Below, in pieces: positions 29,901-42,100 of a stretch of DNA of 64,000 nucleotides (positions are counted from its first letter, which is position 1; each line of letters begins with the position of its first letter). Both the position numbers and the translations under genes were made by a program. Source of the stretch: a virus; IMG/VR virus record IMGVR_UViG_3300045988_124250, one strand, 5' to 3'. The notes beneath the pieces are model-generated. The model was not told the DNA's origin. It saw only the letters and a list, made by a program, of their open reading frames with translations, and made no database searches.

Positions 29901-32900
29901 TGCTACTGGTCAATTAAAAATTAAATATTATGAAGATGAAAAAGGTGAAAAGGAAGTTGTCTTTAGTGAAACTAATCCTTATAAACCGAATACTTTCTAT
30001 ATTAAAAATACTAATTATGTAAAACGAGGAGAAGAAAAAACTCGTCAAAAATATTGGTATTTTAATAACTATACTTGTGGAACCCATAAATTTACCATGA
30101 AGATTGACTATATGGAATCTTCTGGAACTTATAATATGGGATTTGCGAACATGGTTAAAAATGCTTATTCTAAACATCCATTAGATGATTATAATAATGC
30201 AAAAGCGTTTTAGGTAGAAGACCCTGAATAGACCAATTATATTTTAGCAACGAAATATAAAGATGGTAAGGTTTATTGGTATAAAAACCATAAAGGTAAT
30301 TGGAAATCTACTGATGGCGTAGAAGATAATTTAAATGTTACTAATGCTGAAGATTTTGCTAAAGGACCTGTTGCTCTATATCCTGAGCAATATCCAACAG
30401 CAGAAAAAAATAAGGTATTAAGTGATACTGCTAGCGAATATTATAATAAATTCTATGAAATAGAATTTGGATATAAAGATTTCAAAGTTGATAATACTGA
30501 TGATTATCGCACTTCTGTGCGTGGTTTCCGCGTACTTGCATTTCATAAAAAGAAACCTTCAGATGGTAGTTCAGAGCCTATTTATCAATTTATTGGTATA
30601 TACAATATGCTTTTAGATAAAGGTTCTGATGAAGTATATGGATTCGCACTTGACAGCACTACTGGTAAAGATCCAAAAGCTAAATTTATAGGCGATGGTA
30701 CTAAGAGTATGCCTAAAGTAGCAGAATGTTGGGAGTTTGAAAACAATAGCCGCACCTTCTGCTCATATCGTGACCCACAAGACCGCAAAGATTTGAAATT
30801 TGATGTATTTAATACTGATGGTTCTCGTGTATTAAATGCAGTTCAATCTGCCCCTGTGGTAGCCGACTCATTTGAATATCGTTATCATGATGATGCTGAT
30901 ATACTTGATTATATTATGGCTCCTGATGGAGAATGTAAGAAAGACCCAACATTAACATTCTCTAAGGATGATATTACATTAAATCAAGAAAATCGCGCTC
31001 AGCATTTATTGAAAGATTATTCTAATTGGGAACGCGCTGTAGCTTGGGTTTGGAGTACTTGTACTGAAAAGGTAGTGTCTAATGGTACTTATAAAGTTTG
31101 TGATGTTGGTGAAGAGTTATTTGATAATAGTAAACACTATATCATGACAACTAATCCATTAACTTCTGAATAGATCTATACTTTGGCTAAAGAGTATGTA
31201 GAAGGTACTACTTACTATAAAAAGAATCCTGATTATAACCCAAATCAAGAAAATAGTAGTGAATATATTGTTGCTTATATTGGAACAGTGTTATTTAGTT
31301 CTAATAAAACTAAATTATATACTGGTGAAATTGATAAAAATAATAATATTACCTATGTTCCTTGCTATAGTACTGATACATTCAATCCTGATAAACAATA
31401 TTATACTTTGGAATCTTATAGCGATGAAGAGCTAGATACAAAGGCTGATAGATTAGTTGTTTTATGTAAAGATGAAGCATTTGATGCAAGTAAAACATAT
31501 TATAATTATGATGGAAATGCTAAATGTGGTAAAGCAGTAACTAAGGCTAATGTGACTGCTGAAACTTATGAACCAAATAAATATTATATTGGAACCATTA
31601 TTACTTATGGTGATCGCTCTTATAAATATGACACGCAAGAGTATCGTGGTGATAAATTTACTTATGAATTAAGTGACCACTTCGATAAAGAATATATGGC
31701 TACATATTTTGTTATGACAGAAATTTTTGAGTGTTATGATTCTCGTGGTAAAAACTGTATGATGGCTTCTTGGGGTCCTCAAGAGAAAGGCGGAGACTAT
31801 ATTTGGTATCCAATTTTCTATGATATTGATACTCAATTAGGTATTAATAATACTGGTATTCCATCATTTGAATATAACGTTGACGCCACTGAAGATGGTA
31901 ACTATTCTACTTCTGACAGTGTTTTATGGAATAACTTCTATAAATATTTTAAAACTGGTTTAATTATTCCTAAATATAGACATTTACGTGGTATTACTAC
32001 TAGTGTATTTGGTTCTAATTTAAAACAACCTCCTTTAAAAACTGTAGATCGTATTGAGTCATATTATTTGACTGATTATAATACAACAAATAACTTGGCT
32101 GATTTAGGTACTCGCCCATTAGTAGCAGTCAATTTAGATGAATATTATAAATATATCACTATTACAAATGATGCCTCTTATTTAGATGGTACTACTGGAC
32201 ATATTAGTAGTGATACAACTGGTGTATATACTGTTGATACTAATGGTACTTATTTCTACGCCTTACAAGGAAATAGAAGTCTATCTCGTCAACAGTTCTT
32301 ATCTAACCGCTTAGAGTATATTGACTCTTGGTTAAATGAAGGTAATTATCAACGTGGTGGTGCAAACCGCATTCGTGGTCGTGTAGCTGCCAATAATAAA
32401 AACAAAACTTCAGATAAATGGATTGAAACCGCCAGTGATCCTTATTTCAAGGATGAGAGCACTTTAACCAAAAACCATTTATTTGATGCTGAATATTGGA
32501 TGACATTAACTCCGGCTCACTCTTCTTATGTTACTCTTGGTGATGATAATGAAGCCTATCCTTCTCGTAAATACGATGGTGTTCATGCGCTAAGATTTAA
32601 TATTGATTCTATTGAAAATGGTGTCCGCAAGAGTGAAAATTATCCTGAGCAATTACTATATGTTTATGGTATTAACCAAATGAAAGATCTTGGTGATATG
32701 AGTAATCTATATTGGCAAGAATTTGAAATTTCTGGTGACGCTACTAAATTGACTAGTTTGAAATTAGGATATGATGGTCTGGATGAAAATGGAGAGCGTT
32801 GGTATAATGATAATGTTAACCAATTCAGTATTCCTGCCAGCTCTTCTGATAGTAAAGGTATGCCTTTATTAAAAGAAGTAAATATGAGTAATATTCAATT

Positions 32901-35145
32901 TAATGCTGCTTCTCCTGTATTAGATTTAACTAGTTGTGAAAAATTAGAGAATTTCCGTGCTACTGGATCTAATTTAATTAACGTTCAGTTTGCTAAGGGC
33001 GTAGCATTAAATACTGTATATTTACCTACTAGTATTACAAATCTTGAATTGGTTGAAGCCAACCTATTAAAGAATATAATTACTGAAGATGAATATAAAA
33101 ATCCTACTCGTGATGATGAAGGTAATTTACAAGCTAATCCTGGTTTATATCTCCAAGGTTTCTTTGATAAGATTTCAACTGGAGATAAAGGAGATACAAT
33201 GATTGCTTCTCTAAATATCGCTGGTGGTGGTTTAGGTTATGATAGTTATAAGCTATTAAAGCAATATTATACTATTCGTAGCCAATAGACTAACACTTCT
33301 TAGATTTCTATGACTAATGTTAATTGGTGTCCATATATTTAGATGACAGTCGACGATGAGCGCAATCCATCTACTACTTATTATGTGGATAATGGACATT
33401 ACGGACTAGAACCTTATACTTATACTAATTTTGATGCATGGACTGTTAAAGTTGAAAATGGTGAAATTTATCGTAAAGATGAAACAATTCCAGAAGATAA
33501 AATAAATCAAATCACTGATTTAGTTATGTTCAAAGAATTTATTAGTGATAAGAAATGGATTAAAAACTCTAGTAAAAATATTCCTGATATTTCTGGCATT
33601 ATTTATATTAATAATACAGAAACTATTAAAGAATCTGAATTACGTAACACCATTCAAGTGGCTTATCCTAATTTAACAATTTTCTGTGCGAATGTTGAAT
33701 AGGGATATACTGCTAGATTTGTAATTATGGATGAAGATGAGGGTAACGATGGTCGCTATCAATTAATTGGTTCTATGACCTTAAAAGATGGTGAAACTTG
33801 GTTTGCAGACCCTATTGATGCATTCGGCGATATTAGTGAGAAGAAACCAAATCATGATTTCTATGGTTGGGCGTTAACTAATTCTAAAAATGCAGATATT
33901 CTTATTAATATTGATAAAAGTATTAATAAATGGAACGAGCAAACTATTGATTCTAATATTCATACTTATATATTCTATGCTATTTGTCCTATTCATGAAT
34001 GGAGCGTTAAATATTATTATAAAGATAATACATTAATTGAAGAAAAGAAAATTCCTCATGGTAATTACGCTGTAATGTCTACTATTATTCCTTGGAAAGA
34101 TGATAGTGATTTACCATTAGACCAAACTTATAAATTCTTAGGATATAGTCGTTCTATAACTGCTTCCTCTGCTATGAAATTAGAAGAGTATATGATTACT
34201 GAGGATACTACATTTTATGCAGTATTTGATAATAATCCTATTAATGTATATGAAGATATCCATCCTGAGTATTTTGCAGTTTCTGAATAGACATCTGGCC
34301 TCACTCCAGCAGATACTTATTATACCGACTGGGCGGGAGAAACAAAATGGAATATCCCAGATGGTGTAACTTTAGCCTTGACTAAAAAAGTTAAAGGTAA
34401 AATTACAGTACCCGCCTTCTTTGATGTAAATGGAGTATCTAAAAAAGTTATTGCTATTGATGCAACATTCGGTTCCCCTGGAGATATTTATGATACAGAT
34501 ATTGATGCTCCTCGTAATCCAGGATTCGAGGGAAAATCTGCTACATTAAATTCTATTACTTACGTTCCAGTTTGCTATGGTGAGAATCTAACTCATGTAT
34601 TCTTTGAAAAATATAAAGAAAATGATATTGAAAAATGCAATATTAGATTTTTCTGTGGTGCTACTTTTTCTCATTCAATGAATTTAGTATGGGTAGAATT
34701 CCCTGAAGGTTTGAGATTAATTGGAGACTATGCATTTAAAATGCCTGGTTGTCAATCTCGTGTAGTATATCCAAAATTCTCTAATGTAAGTATTGGTGGT
34801 ACAATTGCAGTCATCAATCAAAGTGCATTCCAAAATACATTTTCTGGAGATAATGATACATTAACCATTGGTTCTAATGTTTAGAAGATTGATAATGGCG
34901 GTTTCACCTTCTCTAGTTATAGTGATTTAAATAGTGATAGAACATTAGGTATTAAAAAGATTATTATTGGTACACCAGAAGAAAAATCTAAATTGCGTAT
35001 CGTATCTGGTGACCCAGCCTTTATTAACTATGCCTCTTGGTCGGCAATTACTATAGAATCAGTCGATTGGTATACTACTTTGAAACAAGATGCTGCTAAT
35101 TCACTATTCTCAGGATTTAATAAAATTAATTATATTAATTCATGA
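26995..35145 (+). CDS. Giant multi-domain receptor-binding/tail protein (about 2716 codons, about 16 TAGs) with a C-terminal BspA-like leucine-rich-repeat domain
   Basis: RBS GAAAGGAGAT. ORF pieces 26995, 28186, 28417, 30517, 31183, 33343, 33727 and 34378 are all in one frame (positions congruent to 1 mod 3). Read codon by codon, no TAA or TGA occurs for 8.1 kb, until TGA 35143-35145. There are Gly/Ser linkers near 27160 and an LRR-like stretch near 32880-33060. A BspA-type LRR (IGDYAFKMPGC...INQSAFQN) lies at about 34380-35140. Confidence 0.55.
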
Positions 35146-35159
35146 AAGGAGAAAAGAAA

Positions 35160-35357
35160 ATGACTAAAATTGTGATGTATGAGTATTTAGGTACTAATGG
35201 AACAATTCTTTCTCCCATTCATCTTGAAGATATATATTATGTTAGAAAACTTCAATTACTTGCTGATAATAATAAACGTCTTACTAAAAATGGAAAAGAC
35301 TTTGTTTAGAACGTAGTTATTCCAGAAGATGAATTAGATTAGTGGAAAGAAGTTTGA
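35160..35357 (+). CDS. Small hypothetical protein (65 codons, 2 TAGs)
   Basis: RBS AAAGGAGAAAAG plus ATG. Ends at TGA 35355-35357. Confidence 0.4.
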
Positions 35358-35469
35358 TTGGGTAGTTCCAATTATCTAATATATAACTTTTTTGAAAAAT
35401 AGAGAGAAGAGATTAATTCTCTTCTCTCTATAAGGGAAAATTATTTTAGAAAGGAAGGTTTTCTAGTCT

Positions 35470-37404
35470 ATGATTACAAAGTATAAAGACTCTGTTAAAT
35501 TAGCTTATCAAAAACTGTATGAAGATATTGACAAAGCTAGTAATGGTAAAATTCAAATTGATAACCTTGAGAGCTTTTTCGGATATATACAAGAAATTGG
35601 TGAGTTAGATAAAAAGTTTTTAAGACTTCCTTTGGATGAGCCTTTATTTGAAATTGATGCTAATAGCCGTAAAATTACAATTCCTTCTGATTTTACTGCT
35701 AATGGTTTATCAGTTCAAGGAGATCATTTAGCTGAAACTGTTTTCTTTAGTATTGATAGATATTTTGATTATATGGATTTAAACAATTGTAATATTCGTA
35801 TCAATTGGAAAATTGGTGATGCTTCTGGTCAATCTGTTAATTTCTCTAAAAGCGTTGATGCTGAACCTGGAAAAATTATTTTTGGTTGGCCTGTAGCTAA
35901 AGATTTAACTGGTAAAAGTGGTACTTTAAGTTTCGCGGTTGAATTTTATACTGAACGTGATAATGTTACTAGTTATAGTTTAAATACTTTAATTTCAACT
36001 ATTAATATTAAAGAAGGATTGGTTTTAATTAATCCTACAGTTATTAATGTTAATGATGATATTTTGAATATGCTTCAAAATAGTAGTTTTGGTGAAGGCG
36101 AAGCCAAAGTTGAAGATTTAAAATGGCTTACTAATGGTTTGGTCACTGATCCCGGAGCTACAGTAGCTTTAGAGTTTATAAATTTAGCCGGTAATGCAGT
36201 AGATGAAGGAGATTCTCAAAAATTATCTTCTGTACCTGTAACTTTATATGCTCGGGCTCAAGCAGGCGCGGCAGATATTAAATATTCTACTCCTGCTGGA
36301 AAAGATGACCCAGTAGATAAATATGTTCTAGTGAGTAAAAAGGATGATGATGATAATCGTATTCCTTTAGACCCTACTGGCACTTATTATATTAAAGAGG
36401 GTAGCGTTTATAATATTGCTTCAAGCGATGATATTAAAACTTGGAATGACCCAGAAGTTGCTATTCCAAACAAAAGTGAATTATATGCTCGTTATGCCAC
36501 TATTGAAGTAAGTGGTGTTGGTGAATATTATATCCAAGCTCAAGGAATTATTTTTGACAAAGAAAATAAGAAAATAGGTCAAGGTGTTCTTGAACATACT
36601 CCAGTGGTTATTTGTCCTGAACCAGATGCACCAGCTGAGATTACTATTATTTCTAATAATAGCGATTTAAAAGATGAAGGTTATGATATTGATTTATCTG
36701 TAGCTGATTCTGTTGCATTTTTAACTGGTAATGAAGTCACTTTAACTGCTACTGCTTCTGGATATGACAATAAAGATGCTTATGAAGCTCCCGCAGAAGG
36801 TATTGAGCCTAAAGCTTTAGTTCAATATACTTGGTATAAAGATGGAAATGAAACTCCTGTTAATACTTCAAAATGGATTCGTTCTACTAAAAACAATAGT
36901 TTTATTGTTAATGAAGAAGGTAAATATACTGTTGGAGTTAAAACATTTTTAAATAATCAAACCACTTTAGATGAAACTAAATCTAAAGAATATATTGTTT
37001 CTCCTTTAGCTTCTAAAATTGAAGAAAACAGTATTATTTTAGGTTTAAGTAAACAAGGTGGACAGTATTGGATTAATTTAAATGCATCTACTGATGGAGT
37101 TACAGATAAATATACTCAGAAATCATTTGATGTTAAATATGTTTTAACCGCTGTTAATGAAAAAATATATAGTGATAAAGTAATTTGTACTCTATATCAA
37201 TTACCTAGTGAAGAAAGTGATGATACTAATCCTATGTTTGTTTGTGAGTTAACCTCTTCTGATATTGAAGGCGGAAAACATACTACAATTACTTCTTCAA
37301 TGATTAAGAATCAAGAAGGTAATTATTTTATTCGTGTGACTAATAAATATAATGGAAGTGCTTATTCACTAAATAGTGATGCATTCTATATTAATATTAA
37401 GTGA
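35470..37404 (+). CDS. Structural protein (644 aa) with no TAG at all; its N-terminal domain is paralogous to the gene at 37434
   Basis: Intact ORF with RBS GAAAGGAAGG. The N-terminal roughly 100 aa (MIT-Y-D...IP..F...QGDH-AET-YF--DRYFD-MDL-N) matches 37434-38042. Confidence 0.7.
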   Translation: MITKYKDSVKLAYQKLYEDIDKASNGKIQIDNLESFFGYIQEIGELDKKFLRLPLDEPLFEIDANSRKITIPSDFTANGLSVQGDHLAETVFFSIDRYFDYMDLNNCNIRINWKIGDASGQSVNFSKSVDAEPGKIIFGWPVAKDLTGKSGTLSFAVEFYTERDNVTSYSLNTLISTINIKEGLVLINPTVINVNDDILNMLQNSSFGEGEAKVEDLKWLTNGLVTDPGATVALEFINLAGNAVDEGDSQKLSSVPVTLYARAQAGAADIKYSTPAGKDDPVDKYVLVSKKDDDDNRIPLDPTGTYYIKEGSVYNIASSDDIKTWNDPEVAIPNKSELYARYATIEVSGVGEYYIQAQGIIFDKENKKIGQGVLEHTPVVICPEPDAPAEITIISNNSDLKDEGYDIDLSVADSVAFLTGNEVTLTATASGYDNKDAYEAPAEGIEPKALVQYTWYKDGNETPVNTSKWIRSTKNNSFIVNEEGKYTVGVKTFLNNQTTLDETKSKEYIVSPLASKIEENSIILGLSKQGGQYWINLNASTDGVTDKYTQKSFDVKYVLTAVNEKIYSDKVICTLYQLPSEESDDTNPMFVCELTSSDIEGGKHTTITSSMIKNQEGNYFIRVTNKYNGSAYSLNSDAFYINIK

Positions 37405-37433
37405 TAAATTAGGAGAAAGGAGAATGAATAATC

Positions 37434-38042
37434 ATGATTACTAATTATCAAGATTATGAGAATAAGCTTTGGTCAATTGACAAACAGATGCGAACTTCCA
37501 AAGCCATTCTCCTTCCAACTCCACCTAAAGAAGAGTTAATCCCTATCGATTTAAATGAACGTAAAATAAAAGTGCCTAAGTCCTTCATTATCGTCTCTCA
37601 GGACCATTCGGCTGAGACTTTATACTTTACATTTGATCGATATTTTGATGGCATGGATTTATCAAATACCTGTTGTATTATTCAATTTCAAAATGCAAAA
37701 GGTGAAGCCTATTATTATGTAGTGCCTTATATGGATATTACTACTGATAATGTAAATCAAAAAATTATTATGCCATGGGTAATTCAAAATGCGGCCACTA
37801 AATATGCTGGTATTGTAAAATTTGCTATTAAATTCTTTAGTCTTAATGCTGCGGGACATTTAATGTATGAATTAAATACATTAGTTGCTGAAGCAATTGT
37901 AGAACAAGGTCAGAATTGGGATTTAGATAATATTTCTCAAGAAGAATTCGTTTTTGATAAAGCATTTATTTAGGCAATTCATGATTTAGAACAAGCACAT
38001 TAGAAAGGTACATTTGCTTTAGAGTGGATTGATAATTTTTAA
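37434..38042 (+). CDS. Paralogue of the N-terminal domain of gene 35470 (202 codons, 2 TAGs)
   Basis: RBS AGGAGAAAGGAG. ORF 37434-37973 continues through two TAGs to TAA 38040-38042. A terminator follows. Confidence 0.55.
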
Positions 38043-38054
38043 TAAAATAAAAAT

Positions 38055-38093
38055 AAAGGGAAGACTTTAAATTAGTCTTCCCTTTATTTTTTT
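38055..38093 (+). terminator. Rho-independent terminator (aaagggaagact / agtcttcccttt plus T-run)
   Basis: 12-bp inverted repeat followed by TTTTTTTT. Confidence 0.65.
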
Positions 38094-38172
38094 GGGTAAA
38101 TATAAATAATGATTTATTATAATTTTCTATAATAAATAGATATAAAATTATGAGAAAAAGGAGAATAGAAAA

Positions 38173-39039
38173 ATGAGTAATTCACCTTATGAATCTACAG
38201 TAATTTTACAAGATGATGCATTAAATAAAATGCTTGCTAACATAAAAACTTATCCAGTTGCAGGTAAAAAAACTGGTATTTTATTACGACCAAATAAAGA
38301 TGGTACAAGATTATAGATTTAGAATGCTCGAAAAGTTCGTATTGTAAAAAAAGGTAATTTAACATATTTAATTATAGAAGATTCAACTGATGATGAGAAT
38401 CCATCACAATCTTATACTATTACTGGGAAACTAAATTTCACCCCAGAAACAACAATTACTAAAGATGCTAATTTAACTCCTGGTATGTTTAATATAAAAG
38501 AAAATGATGTTTTAAAACAAACCATATTAATAAAAGGATTTGACCGGTCTCAAAATTTAGTATTAGGAAATAGGGCTACAACAAAAGGCGGAGATAATGG
38601 AGTTTTAGTTGCTAATAAAGTACGTGGAGCTGTTTGGAATGATTACGCTGAATATCGTGAATCATTAATTAAAGAAGCGGGTCGTTGTGTAGTTGAAACT
38701 GGATATGGAGATTTAGAATTATCAACTAAACGTCTTCAATTAGGCGGGAATATTATCTCAGATACATTTGGTTTTTCTATTGGTGAAACTGATAAAGCTG
38801 AAACTCCTATTGCAGTATGCGGACGAGTATTAGCCTATCCCTATGAAGATAGATATAAATTTACTGCTGGAGCAGCAGTTTGTTCTGGCCCCGATGGAAC
38901 TATATCATTAATGACTCGTAAAGAAGTTAAAGAATGGCCTGATGCTATAGTTGGTTATGTTAGTGAAATTCCTGAATATAAGGAATGGGGGCCTGATAAA
39001 ATTCAAGTTAATAATCGAATTTGGATTAAAGTAAAATAA
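38173..39039 (+). CDS. Fibre-family protein (288 codons, 2 TAGs) whose C-terminal roughly 140 aa are shared with the C-terminus of the long fibre gene 39174-44183
   Basis: Upstream leader ATGAGAAAAAGGAGA. The C-terminal motif block AVWNDYAEYRE...SDTFGFSIGETD...PIAVCGRVLAYPYE...WIKV recurs at 43760-44180. Confidence 0.6.
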
Positions 39040-39044
39040 TAATA

Positions 39045-39077
39045 TGGCAGATAGTTTTTACTATCTGCCATTTTTTT
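39045..39077 (+). terminator. Rho-independent terminator (tggcagatag / ctatctgcca plus T7)
   Basis: 10-bp inverted repeat plus T-run. The sequence after it (TTTTTTTATTGGCC...) duplicates the post-terminator sequence at 7060. Confidence 0.65.
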
Positions 39078-39173
39078 ATTGGCCTAATTAAAATAATAAT
39101 ATAATTCAAATTTTTACAAATTAATAGAAATATTTTTATAAACTTTTTTTCAGAGAAGGGAGTTTACAAATTA

Positions 39174-42100
39174 ATGGCATTGTTTAAAATAAGCAAGGGC
39201 TTGTCAAAAAATTTAATGACAAATGTGCCATATGCAAAAGAAGGTTTTGCATATTTTACATCAGATGATGGTAAATTTTACATTGATATTGATGGTGATG
39301 GCACTAATGCATCTCCAGCTGTAATTGGAGATAATCGTATTCCTCTTAGTGCTTTAAGCACTGATTGGATTAAAGCTACTAAAATTGAAGATACAGAAAC
39401 TTATCCTATTTTAGCATTCAAAGTAGCGGACAATACTAAAAATTTAATTGAATTAAAATATGGTAGTATTGGTTATAAAGATGGAACATTAGTAATTCCT
39501 AATGTTGAAACAGGAAGTAAAGATGAAGTTTTAATTGAAAATAATGATGAAGGCTCAGCTCTAATTATTGATAATAAAGGCGCCGGCATTGGCATTAAAA
39601 TTATAAACACTGGTAAAGATTCATTAGTAAATAATTAGGGTATTAATATCAATGATAATATCCGCTTAAATATGAATGGCAGCGCATCATTTGAGGGAGA
39701 TGTCGTAATAGGTGGTACTTATATTTTTAAAGGTGGAACTGCTAATATTCTTGGCGCTAATAAAACAAATACTATAATTTCTAATTAGCTTACATTATAG
39801 GAAGGAGCTGTATTTGGCGGGGATGCTCAAAATGCTGGTTTAATGACTTGTGGTATTTGTGGTGTATCAGTACCAACAGATGATGGAGCTTGCGAAAAAG
39901 ATAATTTATATATTAATTATGATGGAGATAATTCTTATAAAGCTAGCCGTCAAGTAATCTTACAAGCTGGCGACGCAGGAAAAGATTATGGAAATCATTT
40001 GTATCAATATGCCGCAGCGCGTGGTGACGCAGTACATGATTGGTCATTAAATAATTTTTATATAAAGTCAGATATTGATAATAAATTAAATAATTTATTA
40101 GCCACTAATGACGCTATGGTATTTAAAGGTACTATTGGTGGAGACGCAGCTGCTACTATTCATGAATTACCAGCTAAACATAGTGCAGGTGAAACTTATC
40201 GCGTTTATGATATTAAAGGCGGTAATGATGGTAAATATCTTGGCAATGGTGAAGTTTGTGAAATCGGCGATTTAATTATTTGTATTAAAGATGGAACTAC
40301 TCATAGTGCTGGAGATTGGACTATTGTTCAAACTAATATTGATGGAGCAGTAATTAATACAGATGGCTCTTCTACTGATGGACATATTGCTATTTTTAGC
40401 GGAAATAAAGGTAGAACTATTAAAGATAGTGGTAAATCATTTAATGATTTGGCTATAGCAAATCACACTCATACTAAATTAGTTAATGATAAATATGCAG
40501 TAGATTTTAATGGAACATCACTATCACCGATTAATAATCCTCAAAATACAATAGATTTAGGTAATACATCAAATCCATGGCAAAATTTATATTTAACATC
40601 TGATATTAAATTTAAAGATAGCTCTGGAAATTGGAAAACATTAACAGAGAAATTGACTGGTAAATCAAATGTTGGACATAAACATACAATTGCAGATACT
40701 GATGGATTACAAACTGCATTAGACAATAAATCTAACACTGGTCACACTCATACTATTTCTAATATTACAGACTTACAAGATGTATTAGATAATAAAGCTG
40801 CTAAATCTCATAAGCATGAAATTTCTGATATTACAAATTTACAAAAAACATTAGAAGGTAAATCTGATACAGGACATAAACATGGAATTGCTGATATTAA
40901 TGGGCTACAAACTGCATTAGATGGTAAATCTGATACTGGTCATACTCATTAGATTGCGGCTAATGTTGATACTTCTAATTCAGAAGAAGGCGCTGTAATT
41001 AAATTAGAAGGTACTGGTGGCCTAAATGCAGTTAGCTATAAAGCCACTCACGCCGATAAAGGCCCTTCTATGGCGGCTGACGTTTCTTCCATTACTACTG
41101 CAAGTAACGTAAAAAAATCATTAGATGGCGAATTTGGTAAAACATTAGAATTTACCATCCCTCGTATTACTGTTGATAAATAGGGGCATGTTAATAAAAC
41201 CGTTGATGATAAAGTTTCAATTGTCTTACCTTCAGCTCCTACTATTGGAGATGGTGAATTAACGATTAAAGTTGGTAATGGAACCATAAAAGCTTCTGGA
41301 GATAAAACATTTACTGCAAATTAGGCGGCGAATACAGATATTACCCTACCAGTATATACTATTACTGAAACAAATACATTATTAAGCGGTAAAGCAAATA
41401 GTAGTCATACTCATAATTATGCAGGCTCTTCTTCTGCTGGAGGCCCTGCAACAAGCGCTGATAAATTAAATACTGATAATATTGGTAGTGAAAAAGCTCC
41501 AGTCTATTTTAAAGATGGAATACCAGTTGTCACTGGACAAACATTAGATAGAGATATTAGTGGTAATGCAGAGACTGCTACTATTGCAGGAAAAGTTGAG
41601 CATGCCCTAAGTATTAGTGTAGGTGGTACTCCAAAAGGTAGTTATGATGGTTCCGCAGCTAGAACAATCGATGTTAACGCGGCGGATTTAAAAATTTCTG
41701 GCGCATTAGTATATATTGGACGTGTAGCTACAAAGCCAACCAGTTCTCAAGTGACTCTTATTGACGGAACTACTATTACTGCTGAAGCTGGTAATGTTGT
41801 TATTTGCACTGGAGATAATAAAGAATATTTATATGATACAGATGGAAATTGGGTTGATTTAGGAAGTTCTACTTCATATGCATTAAAACCTCATATTCAT
41901 GGTAATATTAGTAGTGATGGTTATTTAACAAATGAAACTGGTGTAGTACAAACTAATTCTATAGTGTACTCAGATGCAGATGGAAAAATTAGTAAAGGCC
42001 CAACATTTGATACTACTAATACAACTAAAAGATTCCTCGCTGAAAATGGTAATTGGGAGTAGAGTAGTCATCATACTTCTGGGACGTGGAATGGATTAAC

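Noticed and set aside
37974-39173. A suppressor tRNA gene in the intergenic regions (37974-38172, 39040-39173, 44184-44271, 45019-45265, 57738-57781, 62507-62577)
   Set aside because: No cloverleaf-compatible sequence with a CTA anticodon loop was seen by eye. The suppressor is presumably encoded outside this window.
40660-40949. Tandem repeats as a CRISPR array or minisatellite
   Set aside because: They are in frame inside the fibre gene and encode a 22-aa fibre repeat. There are no spacers and no leader.
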